In this document: one piece after another, positions 14,379 to 26,910 of the stretch
Numbering within the stretch: the first letter of the stretch is position 1
Layout of the letters: the number at the start of each line of letters is the position of its first letter
Assembly: GCF_009914755.1 (NCBI RefSeq)
Contig: NC_060935.1
Direction: 5' to 3' (one strand)
DNA: 64,000 bases
DNA from: the human T2T-CHM13v2.0 reference genome, Homo sapiens
Notes under the pieces: model-generated
The model's input: only the letters and a program-made list of their open reading frames with translations
Database searches by the model: none
Told to the model about the DNA's origin: nothing
Made by a program: the position numbers and the translations under genes

Positions 14379-16558
14379 AAATGATTGATCATTTTTAAAT
14401 TGGGTTATCTTCTTATTGTTGAGTTGTAGGAGTTTTATTACACATTCCGGATACAAGTCGTTTATCAGGTATATTATTTGCAAGTATTTTCTCTCATTAT
14501 GTGGGTTATCTTTTAACTTCTTGATAGTGTCCTTTGAAAGCACAAAGTTTTTAATTGACGAACTCCAAGTTATCTATTTTTTCTTTGTTGCTCATGCTTT
14601 TTGTGTCATATAAAGAAACCACTTCCTAAACCAAGATCATAAAGATTTACTCCTACATTTTCTTCTAAGACTTTTATAGTTCTAGTTCTTACATGTAGGT
14701 CTATGATCCCATTTAATTAATATTTGTCTACAGTGTGAGATGGGAGCCAATTACATTCTTATGCAGGTATATATCCAGAAGTCTTGATAGAATTTGCTAG
14801 AGAAAAAAAAAAAAACAAAAATCCAACGAGTCATGTTTGCCACAAAGTTATTAATATTTCGGTCAACTCATAGGTGGATTTCCTTTATTGGAATATATGG
14901 CAGTTGACAGAAATAGGAAAACTCCAGCTGCGAAAGACTACTTGTGGGTGCCTGATGTTCTACCAGATGTGCAGCTGAAATTATTCTTCTTGTATAGAAA
15001 TTTTCTTGTGTAACATAATACTAAATTGTTGGGGACTTGTCGATTGCCAGTCACCACAGAACCACTTGCTAGGTGATTTTCTTCTTGTCCAAGTACTCTA
15101 TAAATACAATTAGGGCTGATATTATGGACAGAGAAAATCAAAAGAGAGGGTTGTTACCCTTCAATACTTTTCACTTTTGTTGGGAGAGATGGAAAAAATA
15201 ATCCTTAAGAATGAGTCCATTGAGATTTGCATCATACATCTTTCTAAAGAGAGCGCTGGTATCATTTATACTAGGTAATAAAGTCTCCCTTCTCATGAAG
15301 GTCTTCCTGTTCAGAGCAACAGCTGGGCTTGTATCCTGCTTTGACCCCCAAAACAATGATGAAATAAATGTTTACTTGGATTTGGAAGCACTAGAAGTCT
15401 CTGCCTTTGAATAAAACATTTACCATGATCATAGTCATTTAGTGCAACAATCAGTTGGGGTACAGTGGAAATTGACAGGTTGGATGTTGTGACTTGTGGG
15501 GTTTTTTTATTTGCAATCACCCAAACTCATGACAGTTCAGTATGGAGAGGTACTCTAAGAATTTAGCAATCTCTTATGCTATTTCCACTTCCTAGAAATC
15601 TTTCATTTTCTTAAACAATTGGTAAGTGGGTCTTGGGAATAAGTGTCAGACTGTGATGCCTGGAAGTTACTCCCTTTCCTCTGTTTGGTGCTTCTCATTT
15701 GCACAGAAAACAAAAAACAAACAAAAAAACCAAGCTGAGCTTTATCTTTTCCATTTCTAAGCCTTCATCTCGTGATGATTACCAATCATTTTTCTTCCTT
15801 CTTTTCCTCCCCTCTCTGTGTTTCCTTTTCCTCCCCTCCCCTTCTGTCTTTCTCATCGTGTTCTTATTTTAAAATCATCACTGAGTTAGTGGATATACAT
15901 TAATGAAAAAGCAAAAAAATGAATTGACAAAGGACAGCCAAAGGACAACGTTGTTGTTTATACACAAGAACTGCATTCTTGAAACATTCGTCCTTGACCT
16001 CTCAACTTTGTCAGTACAGTCAAACCTCAGTATAATCATTATTCTTGTTTGAAATAAACATGTATGTTGTCTTGGTTTTTATGAGGACAAAGACAACCTT
16101 ACCTGTAAACAGACACAGAAGTAATAAATGAAGCAATGGATTTAAAGAAAAGAAAACTTCTTTTTTTTTATATCTTGTCTGGGAGTAGAAATGATTATGC
16201 TGAAGGCTAAGAGATTAAATTGTGTCACTTGTCAGGAAATTGGCAAGCAGCCATCTTTTCTGCCTGTTTCTACATGGTGCTTTTGTGCTGTGGATGCCTT
16301 TAATAAACGCACTCTTGTGTAAAATGTCATTGCTGCATTGCCAAGTGGAGGCTGTCATGTGATAGCTCTTCCCAATGATGACATATCAATATTGGTCCCT
16401 GGCAATTCTAGGACTTCAAACTACACAGAGGGCATTTTTATAATTCAAATACAAGTGAAGAAATAAAAATCATTCTTCATATCATGGATGTATATCTATT
16501 TTGCTCTGAAAGAAAACCTAATGTTCTTTTCAAATACTGCTTAAAGATAGGTAACGCT

Positions 16559-16862
<304 letters not shown>

Positions 16863-16899
16863 GATAGATAATGCTATCAAATTTTAATGACTACTCTAG

Positions 16900-17600
16900 A
16901 AGACAAAACACAAATGACGAGTAACATTTTTTAAAAGTTTCATCTTACTCTTAATCAAGTAAATGCAAAGCAAAGCAGGGAAATATACCATTGTTTGCCT
17001 TGGACATACGTGTATGCCAAAATTACATATGTGAAACCACATGCAACACTGACAACATATTGCAAAGTAGGACCTCTCCAACATTGTTGGTAAAAGTAAA
17101 ATTTGGTAGAATATTTCTGGAAAGAAATTTGGTAACATGCATCAAAAGGTTTTAAAATGTTCATTCTATCAGGTTCAGAAATTCTATAGTAGAAATATAT
17201 ACTAAGGAAATAATGAGGTACAAGGTTAATAATGTTTTCCAAAAGATGTCCATATATTTAAAATGCTCATAAACTGAAAATAAATTCCAAACAATGTGAA
17301 TGGCTAAATATGCTACTTTATAGCAATTAAATTATTTGCAAAGGCTTTTTTATTGATACAGGGAAAGGTCTCTGAACTAAGGTTAAGCGAAGTTAAACAA
17401 AAATTAAATATCATATAGAGTATGATCTAAACTAAGTTTAAAAGGCAAAAAATATCAGAAAGACATGTACAAAAATGTTACTAGTGATTAGCTTTGTGTA
17501 GTGCAAAAATGAAAGTGCTGTGTTTTGCTTAGTCTTTGTCTACTCTTCTTTATTTTATATTTATTACACAAAGGACAAATATCACGGCCATAAACACACA
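16900..17600 (+). mobile_element. Degenerate old L1M 3' remnant
   Basis: Diverged L1 3' motifs (acattgttggtaaaagtaaaatttggtag, aaaatgttactagtgattagc). Confidence 0.55.
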
Positions 17601-18046
17601 TACCCGAAAAGTTCTATTTAAAAAGAAGTTCTATCAGAAAATGGTCACTGTTCAGAGAAATTCATCTAAACCGCCATGTGCTCTTCTTGCCTTGCCTCTT
17701 GACTTAGCCCTCATCTCACATTTTCCCTGCAGTTTCTGGCTGTCTCCCTCACTCCAGCTCAGATTCACATCTCCAGCCAGTAGAGGGAAAACAGGTCTCA
17801 GTCTCCATCTCTGCTGTCCCTCCACCCGAGGGACTAGATTCCTCCCTTTTACTGGCGTGGGTCCACCTCTTGCTTTTGATTGATTGTGCTTTGGCCTCTT
17901 GCCTTTAGGTATTAGAAAGTCCCAAGTCCAATCATGAGGCCTGATCAGTGTTTCTGAAGTTTTGGGTGTGACAGTATTACCGGAGACCTGCAACAGCAAG
18001 CTACTCTGCAGCCCAGTTTAAGGGAATTTTAGGGTCCAGAATTTAT

Positions 18047-18669
18047 ATGTCTATATTAGTTTCTTGTTGTTACATGACAATTTACCACAAATTAATCAGT
18101 TTAAGACAACATATACTTATTATCTCAGAATTTCAGCAGGTCAGGAATCTAGACGTGACTCAGAGGAGTCCTCTACTTTGGTATCACGAGGCTGCATGCA
18201 CTGATGTGTCAGCTGGACTGTATTCATTTTGGGAACTTGGGGTTCTCTTATAAGCTCATGTAGCAATCTGCAGAAATCAATTCCTTGTGACTGTATGTCT
18301 GATGTCTTCTATCTTGCTAGCTGTAGCCTGGGGACTTACTTAGTACGTAAAGGATGCCTTCAGGTCCTTACTACACAGCCCCCCATAGGTTCTTTAACAA
18401 CATGGAAGTTTGCTTCATCCATGCCAGTAAGAGAATCTCTCTGTTTTTAAAAGTCTCATTACATGGGTCAGTCTGAATCAGGATAATCTCCATTTTGATT
18501 AAATCAAAGTCAAATGATTAGGGGACTTAATTACATCTGTGAAGTCCCTTTTGCCATATAAAGTAGCATAATCATGGAATTGAATCTGATCATATTCACA
18601 GGTCCTGTCCACATTCGAAGGAAAGGGATGTAGGTTATTAGGGGGCATCTTAGAATTTTGCCTACCACA
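18047..18669 (-). mobile_element. MLT1-family MaLR LTR
   Basis: Ends ...ttagaattttgcctaccaca and contains ccttttgccatataaagtagcata motifs. Confidence 0.75.
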
Positions 18670-19181
18670 CTGTCCATCCCTGGCTGCCACAGACTTGTGG
18701 CTGAGGTTCAGCATTCTGCTAAATAGCTGGCTCTATAGATAACAGAGTTGTATTGCAGGCCTTGCCTTTTACATAACTCCTTTACAAACACTATTTCATG
18801 TAATCTTACTATATCTTCTTGAGATATATGTTCCTATCTCCAATGTACCAGTGAGGAAACTGAAGAACATAGAGCTTAAAAAGGGGCCCAAAGTCACATA
18901 GCTAGGAAGTAGTACCTGAAACCTTGGTCTTTGACTCCAAATATTGTGTTCTTTCTCCTATATCTCTTTTATGAGAAGTTGTTCTTTCAGGAGAAAGAAC
19001 AACTAAGACTGGAGCTTGATTTGAAGTCTGGTCTACTTAGGGAGGAAGTCACTTCTCACTTTATCTGTGCCTTTAGTCTGCACTGTCACTTTATATTGGC
19101 TATGATTTCGCACACACAGGAAGGTTTTTCATAATGATTCCAGGGTTCCTAGAATTGTTTCCTAGAAAATTACCACAAACC

Positions 19182-19497
<316 letters not shown>

Positions 19498-19941
19498 TTA
19501 CCACACACTTACACACTTACCAACTTGAAACTATTTCTATTTATTAGCTCACTATTGGTGTATGTCATAAGTCTAGCACAGCGAGGCCAGAATCTCTGCT
19601 TAAGTTCTCACAAGGCTGTATCAAGATGTCAGCTGAGCTGCATTCTCATCTCAAGGTTCAGGGTCTTCTTCCGAGCTCATGTGGTTGTGTCAGAATTCAG
19701 TTCCTTGAGTTTGTGGGACTGAGGTCCCTGCTTCATTGTTGGCTGTCAGCCTGGGGGCCTCTGTCTGCTCCTAGAGACCATTCTCATTCTTTCTCACATG
19801 GCCTCCTTCATTTTCAATCCAGCAACAACGTGTCAAGTACATCACACATCTTTAACTTCTGCCACCAGCCTGAGAAAAGTCTCCACTTTTAAGGGCTCAT
19901 GTAATTAGACCAGGTTCACATGTATATTCTCCCTATTTTAA

Positions 19942-20352
<411 letters not shown>

Positions 20353-20382
20353 TAGAATGATGCTTACCACAGTGGGTCTTTT

Positions 20383-20484
20383 TTTTTTTATTTTTTATTT
20401 TTTATTTTTATTATACTTTAAGTTTTAGGGTACATGTGCACATTGTGCAGGTTAGTTACATATGTATACATGTGCCATGCTGGT
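20383..20484 (-). mobile_element. Very short 5'-truncated young L1 (L1PA2/L1HS-like 3' end)
   Basis: tattatactttaagttttagggtacatgtgcacattgtgcaggttagttacatatgtatacatgtgccatgctggt, flanked by the perfect 14-bp TSD acagtgggtctttt (20369-20382 and 20486-20499). Confidence 0.93.
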
Positions 20485-20921
20485 AACAGTGGGTCTTTTA
20501 AGCGTCGTTGTTGTTTTTCTGCATTATAGCTTAGAAGATAAAAACATGGACACTGGAGTCAAACTGCTTACATTCAAATTCTGGCTCCAATATTTACTAG
20601 CAGTACAAACTTAGGGAAGTTGCTTAACCTACCAGTTCCTCAATTTTCTTATCTGAAAAATGGATAATAAATAATAGTGTGAATTTTATTGAGTCATTTA
20701 ACACTTTAAATGAGCTAATGTGCCAGAAAATGACTTGGCACATTGTAAGCACTGTGTTGGTCTTTATTATTAGGATTATTATTATTGATCTGATTATTAC
20801 ATAACCACTAATTTAGAGTTCAGATTTACTACTCTCCTTGGAGCAAACCCATCACCTTATTTCTGTGGACCTTAGTTTCTCTGTAAATGTTAGTGTTATT
20901 TAACTGTCAAAAATATAATTT

Positions 20922-21251
20922 ATGTCTTAGTCTGTTGGGCTATTATAAAATAAAATATCATAAACTAAATGGCCTATAAACCAAGGCACTGGCAGATTTG
21001 ATGTCTAGTGATGGCCCTCTTCCTGGTTCATAGATAATGCCTTTAGATATGTCCTCACATAAAGGAAGGGGCAAGGAAGCTTTTATGAGGGCACTAATAT
21101 AAGCCAGGGCTTCTTTTACAGAGACATGCAGGAGTACTCCACCTTCAAAACCTAATCATCTCTCAAAGGCCCCACCTCCTGATATCATTACACTGGGGAT
21201 TAGCTTTCAACAGATGAATTTTGGGAGGATACAAATATTAAGGCCATAGCA
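20922..21251 (-). mobile_element. MaLR LTR (MLT1A/MSTD-like)
   Basis: tgtcttagtctgttgggctattataaaa...gaattttgggaggatacaaatattaaggccatagca. Confidence 0.7.
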
Positions 21252-23589
21252 ATTTATAATGTAAAGGTACATTTTAAAGAAATTTAAGTGTCTCTAACTC
21301 AAAGGAAACACCAAGGATTTGTTTACATAAAAGAAAACTGTGTTTAATTTATAGGGGTTTTTTTTAAGCAAAGGAAACATAGCAGATTCAGTGGCTTACA
21401 TTATAAACTTGAGAATAGAAGTACAGAACCGTTTTTTGCACCATACCTATTTTTTAAAAATGGTCTTTAATTCCATGTTATGACCAAGAGAAAAAAAAGT
21501 ATGTGAAAAATAGGGACAGGAAACTTAGGGAAGAACACACAGGGTGAAAGGAGACTGCAGAAGGAAATGTAGAAGGTATAATAGGAAAGGGGATAGAGAA
21601 GAAAAGGAACAGAGGCAAGAGGAGAGGAAAAACTGCTTAGAGACAGAGAGGGAAGGTAAGGAGAAAGGGGAAAACGGTGGTAAAATTTATTGAGCACCAA
21701 TTATGTGCCTGCCATAGCTAAGGAGTTCGGTTATCTCACCTCAGAACATCTCAGTGAAGTAGGTATTATTGTCACCACTTTACAAATGAGAAAATAGCTA
21801 TTAAGTGAGTTTAACTTGTGTCCAAGGTCAACTGTGTTACATACAGAAGTTAGAACCCACATCTTTCCAGAGCTAATTACAATGTCCTTCTCCCATGTCC
21901 TTAAGGACTAATGGTGAGATAAAACATACTCCTCATGGCTTGTTGGTCCAACCTCAGTGTTCCTGTCACACTGAGAAAAGACTTAGTCTGACTTAGTTGA
22001 GGCGATGGTGTTACTGTCTCTTAGCACTACCTAATAATCTTAATTATTTGAGTCAGGACATTTGGATTTTAGTTAAATAGGATCCCCAAATGATTTATGC
22101 CTCAGGATAAGTCACTCCTCTGAGCTGCAGAATCCCACTCTATAAAATGTATGTCTTGGACTAGACCACCTGCCAAATACTGAAAATTATTAGCTGTCTT
22201 CACATAGGCAAAGGCTGTAATGTGGATTGGGGAGAAGGTGAATTTTGTTGCTCTAGTTAGAAGCACTGTACAAAGTTTTGCAGGTTGTTTATTGTACAAC
22301 CTTAGTAGGCAATATTCATATACACAGTCATAGGCCATGGCCCTGGCTCCAGGAAGCCAAAATAAAGACCAATGGGTAGAGGCCAAAAAAAGGGAAATTG
22401 TGGCTCAATAGAAAAACAGCAAACTCTGTTATGTTCAGAATTACCTCTTAACATTGTGAAAGCTTTACCTTTGGGGGTTTTTAGGCAGAGACCACATGAT
22501 GTAGGGATTCTACCAACACATGAGATTTTAGAGAATACCTAAGCGACATTCAGAACTGGATTTTTAATGTGGTCAAAGCTAGCTGGGTGATCTTAAAATC
22601 ATTAAGCCTTAATTTTCTGAATCCTTATTATTATGGCCACAATAATAGTACCTACTTATATGGCTACTGAAGTAGAAGATTGTGTGTGTGTGTGTGTGTG
22701 TCTACATCTGACATCTCTGTATCTTAGCACAATGTCCTGCACATGATAAAATGTCAAGAAATGTTAGCTTTCATTATCAATATTATCTTTTCAACTACGA
22801 ATGAATGAAGTTTCTAGCACAGCAGAACTTTGCTTTACCTCTGTAGGCATGGGGCTGCCACCATGTTTGCAGGCAAAGAATGCTGGCATTCTCAGAGATA
22901 TCACTTTTCATTCTTAATTGTAGAGCAAACATATATAAACATATAACATAAAATCTATTTCAAGCTTAGAGCCAGAATTTGGTTAAAGGGTGGAGGTTCT
23001 CCCCATCTTGTAGCTAAACAGAGTGGTGAAAAATTATGATTATGGCCCGCCATAATGATAATTTAGAGATAATTTCTAAATTATCCTCTAACAAATCTAT
23101 TTCTAAACTTTAAAAATAGAGCTTCTTTAGGGTCCAGTGTTAGCAAACAGAATCCCCACGATGACTCATAGAATTACACAGCATCTTTTTCAAACCTTTC
23201 ACTCTAGTGGGGATATGTCCTCATTCAGAAATTAATTTAGTTAATTCAGCTTAAAAATTCTGTTGTCAAAAAGCTTATTTCATGTGGGAGTATCTTTTTT
23301 GTTGAAAAAAGATGCACATTTACCTGAAAAAAAAAAAATGTGATTCTCTTCATCAAGCTGTAAACATGCAGCTGTCAAAAGTAATCACTACATCAGAAAA
23401 ACTGGATAAGGAATAAAAGTATCTTTGGTTGATTCATAAGAAAAACAGCAAAGTAGCTTATATGCTTAATGAAAAAACAGACTGAGGAAGTGCTATGAAG
23501 CTTACATTTCGCTCCTTAAGTCACAGTCCTCAATGTGGCTCCATGCACGCTAAAGTCATTCTTACCTACAGGACTTCACTTGCTTTATT

Positions 23590-24053
23590 TAATAAGACTC
23601 CGTCCTTGATTAAATTTGAGTCAGGCTTCTCTGGGTCCTATTCTCAATTAGGCTTTGACCTTAGGCTTTTTATTTGGCCTCGTTAGCCCAGTTTTACCAA
23701 GAATCCTGCTGAGTCAGTTTATGAAAAATTTCTCTCCCTTGGTATCCGATCAAATTCCTTATCCCATACCCTTGATAATTTATCAGCTTGGCCTGCCTTC
23801 AACAAGAATCCTGCCAAGTCCCTTCAGCCAGAATTCCCCTTACCCTTGACGTTTTCTCTCAGTAATTTTCCATGCACTAACTGCCACCCCCCACTCCACA
23901 GCTCTTTGGCTATACATCTTCACTTATGCTTTCTGTATTCAGAGTTAAGACCAATAACTCTCCTCCACTGCAAAATCTCCATTGCAGTGAACCCTCTTGA
24001 ATAAACTCTTCCTTACAGTCATTAACAAGTGTCATAAATATTTTGTATTTCAC
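23590..24053 (+). mobile_element. Second ERV1-class solo LTR (MER31/MER67-like)
   Basis: Similar to 11006-11483 (gtccttgattaaatttgagtcaggcttctc, aagaatcctgc, gaataaa). Confidence 0.7.
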
Positions 24054-24459
24054 ATATCCTTCCTATCTTACCTCCCACAATAATTTTCACTTCTCCCTCT
24101 TCTCCACTTTATTTATTTACTTACTCAAAAATTCATTTCTTCAGCAAGAGTTTATTGAGCCAGTTATACATATGTAACTGCTTGGCCTGAGGGGATTTAC
24201 AACCTAGCAGGGGTGCTAAAAGTGACATTAGGGCATGTTATTCTTCCTGAAAAATCTCTCCTAATTTTTCCAACCTATAGTGCCTTTTAGCTAAGGTTTT
24301 GATCCCATAGCATTTTATGTTATTTACCCCATGAGGGTAACTCTTATTTCCCACAATTAAGTTCCTTAAAGAAAGTAGCCCAGCTCAAGCAGCTACTACT
24401 CTCTATCACTGAGAAGTACCTGGCTGCACTCCCTCCACCAACCTAAACTCACCATGTGC

Positions 24460-24765
24460 CTTTTTTTTTTTTTTTTTTTCTTTTTTGCTTTTTGAGACAT
24501 GGACTCACTCTGTCACCCAGGCGGGAGTGCAGTGGCATGATCTCAGTTCACTGGGATCAAGTTCAAGCCATTCTCCTGCCTCAGCCTCCAGAGTAGCTGG
24601 GATTACAGGTACCCACCACCATGCCCAGCTACTTTTTGTATTTTTAATAGAGATGGGGTTTGGCTATGCTGGCCAGGCTGGTCTCAAACTCCTGACCTCA
24701 AGTGATCCATCTGCCTTGGCCTCTCAAAGTGCTGGGATTATAGGCGTGAGCCACTGAGCCAGGCC
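24460..24765 (-). mobile_element. Alu SINE (S/J-type)
   Basis: Poly-T followed by a reverse Alu dimer. Confidence 0.93.
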
Positions 24766-25348
24766 ATCCTGTGCTCTTCATCCAGATGAAGCTGCTTTCC
24801 CTTTTTTTCTGAGGGACAACTTGTTCTTTTCTCTGTGTTCCCACTTAGATTTGTAGGGTTAGTGGACTCAGAGGAAACCTTCCCAGGGAATGGTTTTTTT
24901 AGACTCTTTTTCCCTCTCTAAACGCCTAAAGAAAGCCCTATAAATGGTTGCCGAATATGAGAATACATACAATATCTACAACGTTGCTTTACTTGCTAAT
25001 GCTACTTATAGTGTATCCTTTTGATAATTATATTATTTGCCCGTTAGTTCATATTTATGTTCTTTCCAACTAGACTGAAGGCCTCATCCAAACAAAAGAT
25101 TTATCTTCATCCCCTCCTCACAGTGCCTGGCCCAATGTTCAATGTGGTACCTACCAACGAACACAAATCAAACACTATTGAAATTCAATCAGTAGCAAAA
25201 GATCTGCAAAGTCATTTCAGGAAGCTTGCCTTAAAAATCTCTTTCAAGTACAGAACTTTTGTAGAATTATTATTCTTCAAAGGTACAAATGTGTCTCATT
25301 GATGCAGCAGATTTACTTTCAAAATCATTCTAATGTTTCAGATCTTTA

Positions 25349-25474
<126 letters not shown>

Positions 25475-26162
25475 CTATAGAAACAAAAAGCAGATAGTAA
25501 ATGATGTGTCTGTCACCTAAAACCTAGTTCCTCTTGCACTCTGCATTATCATGTTACTACTCAAATGGAAATCAGGTGACAACAGTCTTGTATGCTAAAT
25601 CATAAAGTGCACAGTTAGCAGACAAAGGAAGGTCAGGAAAAACACTGAGGTTTATTCCTGCACTGTAAGAATGCAAGAGCATTATATTTTTCTTTTAAAA
25701 ATTGCTTCCTTTATGCAGCAATTAAAATCACATTTATGAAGCAGGAAATAAAAACTTACAAATTGTGTAATATGAAAAAATATAAAGAATCATTACAGTG
25801 TCAACTGTAAAAATTATACATTTATATGAAAGAGGAAGAAAAAAGTTACATGAAAGAATTTGATTTAATAGAAGAGTGAACTTGGGTGTTTCATTTTCTT
25901 ATTTCTGGTATTGTTGTTCTAATATCACTTATCTGTCAAATAATGTGTTTCTAAGTAAAGAAAACTTCCACTTCAGAAGACAAGGCCCCCTTCTAGAATC
26001 ATAATACATGAGAGATACTTTTGAACAATAAACAGGCTTTAATTTGCAATAGCAATAGAAAAGGCATGCAATAGTGCAGCAGCATGGAAATCTGAGTAGC
26101 TTGTATTCTAATAAAGCCTTTACACTTACTCCTGTAGATTATAGTAACTGATATCCTGTGGG

Positions 26163-26910
26163 TGTGTATATATATATACATATATACATATATATACATA
26201 CATCGCTTTCTAAAGATATATATATAAGGATATATATATCTAAAGAGATATATATATCTAAAGAGATATATATATATCTAAAGAGATATATATATATCTA
26301 AAGAGATATATATATATCTAAAGAGATATATATCTAAAGAGATATATATATATCTAAAGAGATATATATATCTAAAGAGATATATATATCTAAAGAGATA
26401 TATATATCTAAAGAGATATATATATCTAAAGAGATATATATATATCTAAAGAGATATATATATCTAAAGAGATATATATATATCTAAAGAGATATATATA
26501 TCTAAAGAGATATATATATATCTAAAGAGATATATATATCTAAAGAGATATATATATATCTAAAGAGATATATATATCTAAAGCGATATATATATATCTA
26601 AAGAGATATATATATCTAAAGGTATATATATATCTAAAGAGATATATATATCTAAAGGTATATATATATCTAAAGAGATATATATATCTAAAGAGATATA
26701 TATATCTCTAAAGAGATATATATCTAAAGATATATATCTCTAAAGAGATATATATATCTAAAGATATATATATCTCTAAAGAGATATATATATCTAAAGA
26801 TATATATATCTCTAAAGAGATATATATATATAAAGGATATATATATCTAAAGAGATATATATATAAAGGATATATATATCTCTCTCTCTAAAGGATATAT
26901 ATATCTTTCT
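26163..26910. repeat. AT-rich minisatellite/VNTR, unit TCTAAAGAGA(TA)n, about 16-22 bp
   Basis: Directly visible tandem array of roughly 35 units with variable TA count. Confidence 0.97.

Larger units (their letters stand above)
12770..14790 (-). mobile_element. Old L1M (L1MA/MB-like) 3' region with nested AluJ and MLT1 LTR
   Basis: ctttattgagatataattcacatac... 3' end. ORF 13666..13866(-) carries ORF2-like RYHFIPTRMAIIKK. Confidence 0.85.

Noticed and set aside
26210-26910. Regularly spaced repeats resembling a CRISPR array
   Set aside because: Eukaryotic DNA. The spacers are only (TA)n, so this is a minisatellite.
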